Source: Candidatus Electronema aureum
GTDB lineage: Bacteria > Desulfobacterota > Desulfobulbia > Desulfobulbales > Desulfobulbaceae
Direction: 5' to 3'
Assembly: GCA_004284765.1 (NCBI GenBank)
Contig: NQJD01000012.1
Coordinates: forward strand, 27,307 to 59,306
Length of the DNA stretch: 32,000 bases
Shown piece by piece: positions 16,839 through 25,229 of this stretch; within the stretch, counting starts at the first letter, position 1, and every line of letters starts with the position of its first letter. Both the position numbers and the translations under genes were made by a program. The notes under the pieces were generated by a model. The model ran no database searches and was not told the DNA's origin. It worked only from the letters and a program-made list of their open reading frames with translations.

Positions 16839-17688
16839 CCTTGAACAAAAAGAGAATCAACAAACCAAGTACAGAGATGCGGACTCGCGCCGATACTTGG
16901 CTGAGATCAGGGTTCGATACAATGAATGGAAAGCCGCAAACGAAGTGCTTCGCGGCCCCACAGCAACATTTCACGACGACGATTCAGAAATCATTAAGAA
17001 GCGGGTTGAACTATTGAATGATTATAAGGATTTTTTGGATCAGCAGCATTATGCTGAAAAGTTTGATTCACGATCGAACCTGCACTCTTCAGTGTTAGAA
17101 GAATTTATGTACTACCTTTTTCGTGATCTCGTTCTTGGAATTTCCGAAAATGCGCTGATCGGTAAATCTCATTCATTCAAGGATGTCTTTTTTCGACCTC
17201 CATCATACAAAAAGATGATTTCATCGCCTCATGCACTCTTTGAAATCAAAGATCATGATTTCGCTATCGGTGCCAGCGTTAGGGCAACGATGCAATGCAT
17301 TGGTTCTACGACGACAGAGGTGTATGATTGGGATATTCCGGCGATTGCCATTGAGTGCAAAACGTACTTGGACAAGACAATGCTTCAAGATGTCTCTACA
17401 GCTGCGGAGCAGTTAAAACAGAAAAATCCAAATGCGATGTACATAGTTGTTGCCGAGTGGCTTAAACTAACTGAGTCGGTTAATCTGAAGAAATACAAGG
17501 TTGACCAAATATACGTTCTCAGGAAACAGAAAAACACAGATCGGGAGTTTCGGTACGACGCAGGCTACAAAAAGAATCCAATCTATGCTGATTTTGTCGA
17601 GCATTGCTTCAATAGCATCAGGGACTTTCTTACTGCCGACTGGGAGGGTGGCATATCTCACGGCTTGGAAAGAGGTTTCTTGATATAG
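16819..17688 (+). CDS. Putative type II restriction endonuclease (PD-(D/E)XK-like), partner of the adjacent m5C methyltransferase
   Basis: Its start overlaps the methyltransferase 3' end by 20 nt. The candidate catalytic motif is YDWDIPAIAIECKTYLDKTM, i.e. D...E-x-K. The gene shares the AT-rich composition of the methylase. The recognition specificity cannot be deduced from sequence alone. Confidence 0.6.
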   Translation: MLVHGNNLEQKENQQTKYRDADSRRYLAEIRVRYNEWKAANEVLRGPTATFHDDDSEIIKKRVELLNDYKDFLDQQHYAEKFDSRSNLHSSVLEEFMYYLFRDLVLGISENALIGKSHSFKDVFFRPPSYKKMISSPHALFEIKDHDFAIGASVRATMQCIGSTTTEVYDWDIPAIAIECKTYLDKTMLQDVSTAAEQLKQKNPNAMYIVVAEWLKLTESVNLKKYKVDQIYVLRKQKNTDREFRYDAGYKKNPIYADFVEHCFNSIRDFLTADWEGGISHGLERGFLI

Positions 17689-17768
17689 TGTACACTAAAT
17701 TTGTAGCGACAAGCAGCTAACTGAAGTGATCAACTATCCAATTGGCTGCGAGAATTCAGTAAACAACA

Positions 17769-17794
17769 GGGCACAGGAAACGTTTTCTGTGCCC
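17769..17794 (+). terminator. Hairpin terminator after the R-M module
   Basis: The stem is GGGCACAG (17769-17776) paired with CTGTGCCC (17787-17794), with the loop gaaacgtttt. It is followed by ttcaggttt. It lies between the endonuclease stop and purF. Confidence 0.6.
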
Positions 17795-17837
17795 TTCAGG
17801 TTTCAGGTGGCGGCACAACCCAACTAACATACTTATC

Positions 17838-19262
17838 ATGGAACATCTTGAACGGACAAAGCCCGCCCACGAGTGCGGCATTTGCGGCATCTACGGTCAC
17901 GAAGACGCGGCCAAGCTGACCTATTTCGGTCTCTACGCTCTCCAGCACCGGGGCCAAGAAAGCGCGGGCATTGCCGCAGGCAACGGCCAGCGGATGGCTG
18001 TCCATAAGGCGATGGGCTTGGTGCCGGAAGTCTTCACTGAAGCCAGTCTTCAGAAGCTTTCCGGTCATCTCGCCGCTGGCCATGTGCGTTATTCCACTAC
18101 CGGAGAGTCTTCAATCATCAACACCCAACCCTTTGCTGTCACCCATCAAGGTCTGCAATTGGCCGTGGCGCACAACGGCAACTTGGTCAATTCGATGGCC
18201 TTGCGCCACCAGTTAGAGGAGCAAGGCTCCATCTTTCAGACCACGATGGATAGCGAGATCGTCATCCATTTGATGGCCCGTAATATGCACCTTGGTTTGG
18301 CTCCGGCTATTCAAGCATCGTTTGCCTGCATCCAAGGGGCTTACTCGCTTCTACTTATGACCCCAGACACTCTGATTGCAGTGCGTGATCCCAACGGCTT
18401 CCGTCCGCTTTGTTTGGGTCGTCTCGACAACGGGGCGCATGTGGTGGCCTCCGAGACCTGCGCTCTTGACCTCATTAATGCCGAATACATTCGTGATGTA
18501 GAGCCAGGTGAGGTGCTAATCATTAATCAGCACGGCTTAGAGTCTATCTTCCCTTGGCCTGCCAAGCAGCGGAGTTTCTGCATCTTTGAGCAGGTGTATT
18601 TCGCCCGGCCAGACAGTGACATCTTCGGCTGCAACGTCTATACCACCCGCAAGCGGATGGGTGAAATTCTTGCGCGGGAAACGAAGATTGAGGCCGATTT
18701 CGTCATGCCCTTTCCCGACTCCGGCAACTACGCAGCCATCGGTTACTCACAGGCTTCTGGCATTCCCTTAGAAATGGGTATGATTCGCAATCATTACGTG
18801 GGCCGCACCTTTATTCAGCCCTCGCAGGCGATGCGCGATTTTTCAGTGCGGGTAAAACTCAATCCGGTACGCCCGCTGATTGAGGGTAAGCGAGTGATCA
18901 TCATCGAAGACTCGATTATTCGCGGCACCACGGGCAGAAGCCGAGTTCACGCCTTGCGCAACGCCGGGGCCAAAGAAGTGCATCTGCTGGTTTCCTGCCC
19001 GCCGACCATTCACGCCTGCTACTACGGCATTGATTTTCCTTCGTCGAAAGAGCTAATTGCGGCCAAAATTTCCATTGAGGCCATCCGCGACCACATGGAG
19101 TTGGACTCACTCACCTACCTGAGCTTAGAGGGGTTGGTTGAGGCTACTGGCCTGAAAAAGGAGGACTTCTGTCTCGCCTGCTTTGACGGCAAGTATCCCA
19201 TTGCCCCGGATGTCACGTTTACCAAAGAATGTCTGAACAGTCTTTGTAAAAGCTGCTGCTAA
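17838..19262 (+). CDS. purF: Amidophosphoribosyltransferase (glutamine PRPP amidotransferase)
   Basis: A short N-terminal propeptide precedes the nucleophile motif CGICGIYG. Also present are LQHRGQESAGIA and the PRPP-binding loop VIIIEDSIIRGTT. The C-terminal Cys ligands (CYYGIDFPS, CLACFDGKYP) are typical of the Fe-S type PurF. Confidence 0.95.
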   Translation: MEHLERTKPAHECGICGIYGHEDAAKLTYFGLYALQHRGQESAGIAAGNGQRMAVHKAMGLVPEVFTEASLQKLSGHLAAGHVRYSTTGESSIINTQPFAVTHQGLQLAVAHNGNLVNSMALRHQLEEQGSIFQTTMDSEIVIHLMARNMHLGLAPAIQASFACIQGAYSLLLMTPDTLIAVRDPNGFRPLCLGRLDNGAHVVASETCALDLINAEYIRDVEPGEVLIINQHGLESIFPWPAKQRSFCIFEQVYFARPDSDIFGCNVYTTRKRMGEILARETKIEADFVMPFPDSGNYAAIGYSQASGIPLEMGMIRNHYVGRTFIQPSQAMRDFSVRVKLNPVRPLIEGKRVIIIEDSIIRGTTGRSRVHALRNAGAKEVHLLVSCPPTIHACYYGIDFPSSKELIAAKISIEAIRDHMELDSLTYLSLEGLVEATGLKKEDFCLACFDGKYPIAPDVTFTKECLNSLCKSCC

Positions 19263-19337
19263 GAGGCGCAAAGGGTTATAACTCCCGCTGCGCAGCTGCG
19301 TGGCGGGTGAACAAGAGCCGGGGAGAGGAGAATGAAG

Positions 19338-19529
19338 ATGGCAGAGATCGTCATTGATACGTACCGATGCAGTGGCTGTGGCACCTGTGCGGAAATGTGC
19401 CCAGAAGTCTTTCGGATGGACAACATGATGGAAAAGGCCGAATTAGTGACGGTTGCGCCTCAAATCACGGATGCAGTGTATCAGGCAGCGGCCTTTTGCC
19501 CAGAGAAGTGTATAGCAGTTTCGCCCTAA
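19338..19529 (+). CDS. Small single-cluster ferredoxin
   Basis: The cluster motif is CSGCGTCAEMCPEVF plus a distal CPEKCI. The RBS ggagaggag is better spaced for the ATG at 19338 than for the ATG at 19332. Confidence 0.8.
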   Translation: MAEIVIDTYRCSGCGTCAEMCPEVFRMDNMMEKAELVTVAPQITDAVYQAAAFCPEKCIAVSP

Positions 19530-19645
19530 GATATCCTCTGAGCTGGTACCGCTGCTGCTGACCTACGGCTTGTTTTTGCTCTGTTTTGGTGTAACCTATT
19601 AAGAGCACAACCACTTCCTTGCCCATCTTACCCCATAGCACCTCT

Positions 19646-20170
19646 ATGAATCAGCCTATTCAAGACGCAATCAAAAATCGGCGGAGTATCCGGGAATTCA
19701 CCGAACAGGCCGTGGAGCGAGATTTGCTTGGAAAAATCATCAGCGCAGGTGTCTGGGCACCGTCCGGGCTGAACAACCAACCTTGGCGATTCGTGATCAT
19801 CTGCGACAAGGAACTCCGCGCCCAGCTTGCCCAACTAACGCATTATGCCCATATTGTCGCCGCAGCTCCAGCCCTGATTGCCGTTTACCTTGATCAGGAA
19901 AAGATGTATGATCGGGTCAAAGATCATCAGGCCGCTGGTGCTTGCATTCAAAACATGCTGCTGACAGCGCATGAGCTTGGTCTTGGCGCGGTCTGGCTCG
20001 GCCAAATTCTTGCCAACAAGGATAAAGTAAACGAGGTGCTACAGCTTGACAACCACTACGAGCTTGCGGCCCTGATCGCGTTGGGATATCCCAGCCACAG
20101 AAATCAGCAGTCCCAGCGGCAGCCGCTGGAAAAATTTATTTTACACGAATTTGGAGGAATCGCCCCATGA
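19646..20170 (+). CDS. Nitroreductase-family flavoprotein
   Basis: The motifs IKNRRSIREF, APSGLNNQPWRFVI and a C-terminal GYP are present. I prefer the ATG at 19646 over the TTG at 19619. The stop overlaps the next gene in an ATGA overlap. Confidence 0.85.
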   Translation: MNQPIQDAIKNRRSIREFTEQAVERDLLGKIISAGVWAPSGLNNQPWRFVIICDKELRAQLAQLTHYAHIVAAAPALIAVYLDQEKMYDRVKDHQAAGACIQNMLLTAHELGLGAVWLGQILANKDKVNEVLQLDNHYELAALIALGYPSHRNQQSQRQPLEKFILHEFGGIAP

Positions 20171-20730
20171 AAAAACACGCAGCAGCCCAGAACGCCTTGT
20201 TGTTTACCCTCACCGCAGCCGCTTTGCTCCTTTCTCTGTCCGGCTGTGTCTTTCCGGGTAGTTCGATGTCCATGCGGAATGATTTCAGTGGCCTGCCACC
20301 TATTCAAGGTTTTGCCGACGACATCCAAGATATTATGATGCCTGCGGAGATGGAATGGGATCGCATCAAGTCTATGGCTATCAAAACAGAATCCTTCCAC
20401 GGCGGGGTTTGGCATTACACTGGCAAGGTGGAAACTATGTCCTTGAAAGATTACATGCTCAACGCCATGCAAGACACTAAATGGAAATTGGTTGGCGAAG
20501 CAGCTTCCTCTGATATCATGTTCGCGTTTGTTAAGCCGCACAAGACCTGCATGATGATTATTTCTGAAGGAGATTTTGGCAGAACCAATCTGACCTTGTA
20601 TGTAACCATCGATAAAACTGCCTCAGTCAAGCTCAATGCCTTTGGAGAACCAACAGGCGGGCCACAGCAGCAGGTGCAGCAACTTCAACAGCAAATCCAG
20701 CAGCAAGACTCGAACAATCTTGATTATTGA
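20167..20730 (+). CDS. Lipoprotein of unknown function with Gln-rich C-terminal tail
   Basis: The RBS is ggagga. The signal peptide ends with the canonical lipobox LSLSGC. The C-terminus is PQQQVQQLQQQIQQQDSNNLDY. Confidence 0.7.
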   Translation: MKKHAAAQNALLFTLTAAALLLSLSGCVFPGSSMSMRNDFSGLPPIQGFADDIQDIMMPAEMEWDRIKSMAIKTESFHGGVWHYTGKVETMSLKDYMLNAMQDTKWKLVGEAASSDIMFAFVKPHKTCMMIISEGDFGRTNLTLYVTIDKTASVKLNAFGEPTGGPQQQVQQLQQQIQQQDSNNLDY

Positions 20731-20740
20731 GCAGACGACT

Positions 20741-21952
20741 TTGTTGCGCGGAAAAAAAATACTCTTTGGCGTGAGCGGCTCCATTGCCGCTTTTAAGGCC
20801 GCAGGTTGGGTCTCTTCTTTAACCAAAGAAGAGGCGCAGGTGACCGTGGTCATGACTGCCGCTGCGACCCGTTTTGTCACTCCGCTGACCTTTGCCGCGC
20901 TGTCTGGGAATGAGGTACAGAGCGACATATTTGCTGGAGGCATGGCTCATATCGCCTTGCCCGCTGCTGTTGATGCGGTGTTAATCGCCCCGGCTACTGC
21001 CCAGACTGTTGCTCGTTTAGCCTATGGTTTTGCGGATGATTTGCTCTCAGCTGCGGTGTTGGCCTGTTCATCGCCGGTATTGATTTGCCCAGCGATGAAT
21101 TCAAAAATGCTGACTCATCCGGCGACGCAGCGCAATCTGGCCACGCTGCGCGAATTTGGCTATACCATTGTTGAGCCAGAAAGCGGACGATTAGCTTGCG
21201 GCGAAGAAGGCGCGGGTCGTTTGGCAGCATGGGACACAGTGCGCGAGACCTTGCTTGGCCTGCTGGCGACGCAGGACATGGCCGAGCAACAGGTATTGAT
21301 CACTGCTGGACCAACTCGTGAACCGCTCGATCCAGCTCGTTTCCTCAGTAACCGTTCCAGCGGCAAAATGGGCTATGCTCTCGCCCGCACTGCAAAACGA
21401 CGCGGGGCTGCTGTCACTCTGATTTCCGGCCCGGTCGCCTTGGAGCCACCTCCCGGCGTTGCTGTGATCCACGTGGAAACCGCGTTAGAGATGGCCGAAG
21501 CGGTCAGTCGCTCTGCTGCCGCTGCCTCAATTGTGGTTAAGGCAGCAGCCGTAGCGGATTTTCGGGCAGCAGCTTTTTCCGCTCATAAAATCAAGAAAAC
21601 GGTAACTGAGCCGCTACTGGAACTGGCTGCCAACCCGGACATTCTTGCCTCGTTAGGCAGAAACCGGCGACCTGATCAGCTGCTCATTGGTTTTGCAGCG
21701 GAAAGCGACAGCCATGAGGCAGAAGGCAGGCGCAAACTGCTGGCCAAAAAAGCCGATCTGATCGTGGTCAATGACATTCTCGGCAAAAACACCGGCTTTG
21801 AGGCCGATACCAACCAAGTCACCTTGATCACGCTGGAAACGGCAGAAACTTTGGAGCTGCTGTCCAAGGAAGAAACCGCAGACCGGATATGGGACAAGGC
21901 AATTACTCTGCTGCACAGCAAAAGGATGAAGCATGGAACTGAGCAGGTCTGA
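20741..21952 (+). CDS. coaBC: Bifunctional phosphopantothenoylcysteine decarboxylase / phosphopantothenate-cysteine ligase
   Basis: The flavoprotein N-terminal domain starts GKKILFGVSGSIAAFKA. The CoaB motif is GPTREPLDPARFLSNRSSGKMGYALA. I moved the start to the TTG at 20741, just downstream of the previous stop. The ATG at 20636 in the ORF track would overlap the lipoprotein gene by 95 nt and adds non-homologous sequence. Confidence 0.9.
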   Translation: MLRGKKILFGVSGSIAAFKAAGWVSSLTKEEAQVTVVMTAAATRFVTPLTFAALSGNEVQSDIFAGGMAHIALPAAVDAVLIAPATAQTVARLAYGFADDLLSAAVLACSSPVLICPAMNSKMLTHPATQRNLATLREFGYTIVEPESGRLACGEEGAGRLAAWDTVRETLLGLLATQDMAEQQVLITAGPTREPLDPARFLSNRSSGKMGYALARTAKRRGAAVTLISGPVALEPPPGVAVIHVETALEMAEAVSRSAAAASIVVKAAAVADFRAAAFSAHKIKKTVTEPLLELAANPDILASLGRNRRPDQLLIGFAAESDSHEAEGRRKLLAKKADLIVVNDILGKNTGFEADTNQVTLITLETAETLELLSKEETADRIWDKAITLLHSKRMKHGTEQV

Positions 21953-22499
21953 ACAAAAGCGTAGAATGAAGCAGTTAGAAGAGCTGACCGAAGAGCTATC
22001 AGCCCTTCCTCTTGGCCTGCTCGATCAACTGCCTGCGGCTGAAGAGGTGCGGATGTTGCTGAAAGAAACCGCTGATCTCGGTCGAGACGGTGCCCGCAAA
22101 CGGCAGATTAAGCATATTACCAAGCTGCTGCGGGAAGAATCGGGTGAGGCACTCTACACTTTTCTGGCCGATCATAAGGGTACGGAGCTGCGGAAAAAGA
22201 AGCAGCTACACGAACTTGAGTACATGCGCGATGCTCTGATTGAAGAGGCGATTGCCTCCCGACGCAAGGCCAGAGAAAAGCAACAGGATTTCAACGAAGA
22301 CTGGCCTTCCAAGGTAGTGGAAAATATTGCAGTTCAGCTGGAAGCTGTTGATAAAAGAGAACTTACCCGACTGGCTTCTTTCTTTGCCATCAGCCGTAAC
22401 CCTCGGCATAGTCGCGAGATATTCAGAATGCTGCTTGCTGCGCAGGAGCAGGGCCGCAGGCAAGAGCTGGCCTTATCCACATGTTCTGTGGTGTATTGA
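21933..22499 (+). CDS. yjgA: YjgA/DUF615-family ribosome-associated protein
   Basis: The sequence SRSEQKRRMKQLEELTEELSALP...RKRQIKHITKLLREE.. parallels the E. coli YjgA layout (SKSEIKRDAEELKRLG...RRRQLQLIGKMLRQ). The gene overlaps the coaBC end by 20 nt. Confidence 0.7.
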   Translation: MELSRSEQKRRMKQLEELTEELSALPLGLLDQLPAAEEVRMLLKETADLGRDGARKRQIKHITKLLREESGEALYTFLADHKGTELRKKKQLHELEYMRDALIEEAIASRRKAREKQQDFNEDWPSKVVENIAVQLEAVDKRELTRLASFFAISRNPRHSREIFRMLLAAQEQGRRQELALSTCSVVY

Positions 22500-22521
22500 A
22501 TACTATTCAACATAAGCAAGA

Positions 22522-24129
22522 ATGATTTTTCCAGAAAGAAGAAGAGAGATTACTCAAACAAAACTTCTTGTTATAGTCTCTTTATTTTTTGTTGTTTTTT
22601 ATAATGTTGCCTTTTTTCAGCATGTCGTTGGAGTGTATCCTGTTTCTCGGCAAAATATTGGCTTTTTGCTGTCTTTGGCCGTAGGGTTATCTGCTGTCAT
22701 AATGCTCTTTATGAGCGTAATTTCTTCTATATATACCGTAAAACCTCTCGTTATCTTTTTTTTGCTGCTGTCATCGGTCACTGCATACTTTATCGATAAT
22801 TTTGATATTGTTTTTGATCATACCATGATCAGGAATATTTTCACAACAGATCGAGATGAAGTTGCAGATTTGATCACCTTAAAGTTGGTATATTATCTTA
22901 TTTTACTGGGGATACTCCCCAGCTTAGTTGTTTTCAAGATCAAGATTGCTCAGATTTCTTTCAAAAAAAATATCCTTTACAAGATACGAGACAGTGTTGT
23001 CTCCGTTATTGTCATTCTTGGTCTGATTCTCTTCTTTAGCAAATTTTACACCTCATTTTTTAGAGAACACAAGCCGCTGCGTTATTACACAAATCCGACG
23101 TATTATATTTTTTCAACTGGAAAATATATAGGAGATATTCTCAGCACTGACGATTCAATCATACATCCTCTTGGTCTTGATGCTCAAGTTGTCAGGAAGA
23201 ATGGTGAACTTAAAAAGTTAATCATTCTGGTTGTTGGGGAAGCCGTCAGAGCAGATCACTTTTCTTTGAACGGTTATCCGAGAGAAACCAATCCGCTGCT
23301 CAAACAAGAAGATATCATCAACTTCAGTAAAATGTATTCCTGTGGTACTTCAACAGCCTATTCTGTTCCTTGTATGTTCTCTGCTTTTTCTAAGGATGAA
23401 TACAGCGAGAAGAAAGGAAAAACGAATGAAAATGTTTTAGATTTGCTGCACCGTACTGGTTCAATAGATATTTTATGGCGAGACAATAACTCTGATTCAA
23501 AAGGGGTGGCTGTACGGGTGCCTTATCAAGATTATAAGCAGCCTGAGAATAATCCTCTTTGTTCAGACGGAGAATGCAGAGATGAGGGCATGTTAATCGG
23601 TCTTGATCAGTATGTAGAGCAACATCAAGAGCGAGATATTCTCATAGTTCTTCATCAAATGGGAAATCACGGCCCAGCGTATTACAAGCGATATCGCAAG
23701 GAATTTGAGAAATTTCAGCCGGTATGCACAACAAATCAATTGGAAGAGTGTAGCAATGAAGAAATCATTAACAGCTATGACAACGCTCTGTTATATACGG
23801 ATTATTTCTTATCTCAGGCGATTGCTTTTCTTAAAAAATACGATCAATCTCGCACAGCCGCTTTACTATATTTCAGCGATCACGGCGAAAGTCTAGGTGA
23901 AAACAGTCTGTATCTTCACGGTCTGCCGTATAATATCGCCCCAGAAGCACAGACGCATATCGGCGCGTTTGCTTGGTTCAATAGTAACATCAGCAAGAAT
24001 ATACCGCTGAAGATGAAAAAGACAAAAGATCAGCGGTATAGCCATGACAATCTCTTTCATACCTTAGTAGGCCTCTTTGAAGTCCAGACAAAAGAGTATA
24101 AAAAAGATATGGACTTATCCAGTAATTAG
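22522..24129 (+). CDS. eptA: Phosphoethanolamine transferase, EptA/MCR-like (lipid A modification)
   Basis: Five N-terminal TM helices are followed by a sulfatase-fold periplasmic domain. Its motifs are ILVVGEAVRADHFSLNGYPRETNP, YSCGTSTAYSVPCMFS (Thr nucleophile context as in EptA/MCR-1), HQMGNHGPAYYKRY, YDNALLYTDYFLS and YFSDHGESLGENSLYLHG. Confidence 0.9.
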   Translation: MIFPERRREITQTKLLVIVSLFFVVFYNVAFFQHVVGVYPVSRQNIGFLLSLAVGLSAVIMLFMSVISSIYTVKPLVIFFLLLSSVTAYFIDNFDIVFDHTMIRNIFTTDRDEVADLITLKLVYYLILLGILPSLVVFKIKIAQISFKKNILYKIRDSVVSVIVILGLILFFSKFYTSFFREHKPLRYYTNPTYYIFSTGKYIGDILSTDDSIIHPLGLDAQVVRKNGELKKLIILVVGEAVRADHFSLNGYPRETNPLLKQEDIINFSKMYSCGTSTAYSVPCMFSAFSKDEYSEKKGKTNENVLDLLHRTGSIDILWRDNNSDSKGVAVRVPYQDYKQPENNPLCSDGECRDEGMLIGLDQYVEQHQERDILIVLHQMGNHGPAYYKRYRKEFEKFQPVCTTNQLEECSNEEIINSYDNALLYTDYFLSQAIAFLKKYDQSRTAALLYFSDHGESLGENSLYLHGLPYNIAPEAQTHIGAFAWFNSNISKNIPLKMKKTKDQRYSHDNLFHTLVGLFEVQTKEYKKDMDLSSN

Positions 24130-24206
24130 CTTGCCAAGATACAGGTCTGTTCAGGTTACAACGTTGATACTTGCTTACTCTACGTTAAGCTGATCCGCTT
24201 CAAAAA

Positions 24207-25229
24207 ATGATTCCTGTCAACGAATTATCCATGAACAACATCTTAGTCACGGGCGGTGGTGGCTTTATCGGCTTGGCCTTGGTGCGAGAACTGCGCCGCC
24301 AAGGCCGGGAAGTGCGCGTTTTCGGCAGGCGCCGCTATCCTGCGGCAGAGGCGGCGGGCGCGGTCTGCGTGCAGGGTGATTTGCGGGATGCGGAAGCAGT
24401 CAGGCAGGCGGCGGCGGGCTGCTCCAGCGTCTTTCATGTCGCGGCGAAAGCGGGCATCTGGGGCAGCTATGACGAATATCACGGCATCAATGTGATTGGC
24501 ACGCGCAATGTCTTGGCTGCCTGCGCTGCCCAGTCTGTGCCGATCTTGGTGTACACATCCACCCCTTCAGTGGTCTTTGCCGGGCGCGATCTTGAGGGCG
24601 GCGACGAGACGCTGCCCTATGCCGCCCAGCCGCTCTGTCACTATGCGGCCACCAAAATTCTTGCCGAGCAGGATGTCTTGCAGGCAAACAGCGGGCGGAT
24701 GCGCACGGCGGCCATTCGCCCGCATTTAGTCTGGGGGCCGGGCGACACCAACCTGATTCCCCGCCTGCTGGCCCGTGGCCGTGCGCGCAATCTGCGCGTT
24801 GTCGGTGACGGCCAGAACCGGGTGGACATCGCCTACATCGACAACGTGGTGCACGCGCATCTGCTGGCGGAGGAGAACCTGCGCGGCAGCGGCACGGCAG
24901 CAGGCAAGGCCTTCTTCATCGGCCAGCAGGAGCCGGTACGGCTCTGGCCGTGGATCAACGAGCTGTTCGTGCGGATGAACGTGCCGCCGGTGACGAAACA
25001 AATCAGCCTGAAAAAAGCCAAAGCGGTCGGCTGGCTGCTGGAAAAAGTGTATGCGGCCCTGAAGATTGAACGTGAGCCGAAGATGACGCGCTTCTTGGCC
25101 GAACAGCTGGCCATGTCGCACTGGTTCAGCAAGAAGCAGGCGGAAACCTTGCTCGGCTATCAGGAGCAGGTTTCCACTCATGAGGGGTTGGAGCGGCTGA
25201 CGGCGTGGCTGCGGGAGGAGGGGCTGTGA
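24207..25229 (+). CDS. NAD(P)-dependent SDR, 3-beta-hydroxysteroid dehydrogenase / sugar epimerase-like family
   Basis: The Rossmann motif is ILVTGGGGFIGLALVRELRRQG and the catalytic motif is YAATKILAE (YxxxK). A TAAIRPHLVWGPGD segment is also present. An alternative start at ATG 24231 gives MNNILVTGGGG. The stop overlaps the next gene's start in a GTGA overlap. Confidence 0.8.
   Translation: MIPVNELSMNNILVTGGGGFIGLALVRELRRQGREVRVFGRRRYPAAEAAGAVCVQGDLRDAEAVRQAAAGCSSVFHVAAKAGIWGSYDEYHGINVIGTRNVLAACAAQSVPILVYTSTPSVVFAGRDLEGGDETLPYAAQPLCHYAATKILAEQDVLQANSGRMRTAAIRPHLVWGPGDTNLIPRLLARGRARNLRVVGDGQNRVDIAYIDNVVHAHLLAEENLRGSGTAAGKAFFIGQQEPVRLWPWINELFVRMNVPPVTKQISLKKAKAVGWLLEKVYAALKIEREPKMTRFLAEQLAMSHWFSKKQAETLLGYQEQVSTHEGLERLTAWLREEGL

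Noticed and set aside
16547-17017. A 156-aa + strand ORF spanning the methyltransferase/endonuclease junction in the third frame.
   Set aside because: It overlaps two ORFs with clear motifs. Its product is basic and low-complexity, with no recognisable domain.
20636-20740. ATG-initiated extension of coaBC overlapping the upstream lipoprotein gene by 95 nt.
   Set aside because: The extension is Ser/Asn-rich and is read from the Gln-rich tail of the other gene in another frame. CoaBC homology starts at GKKILFGVSGS, so I preferred the TTG at 20741.
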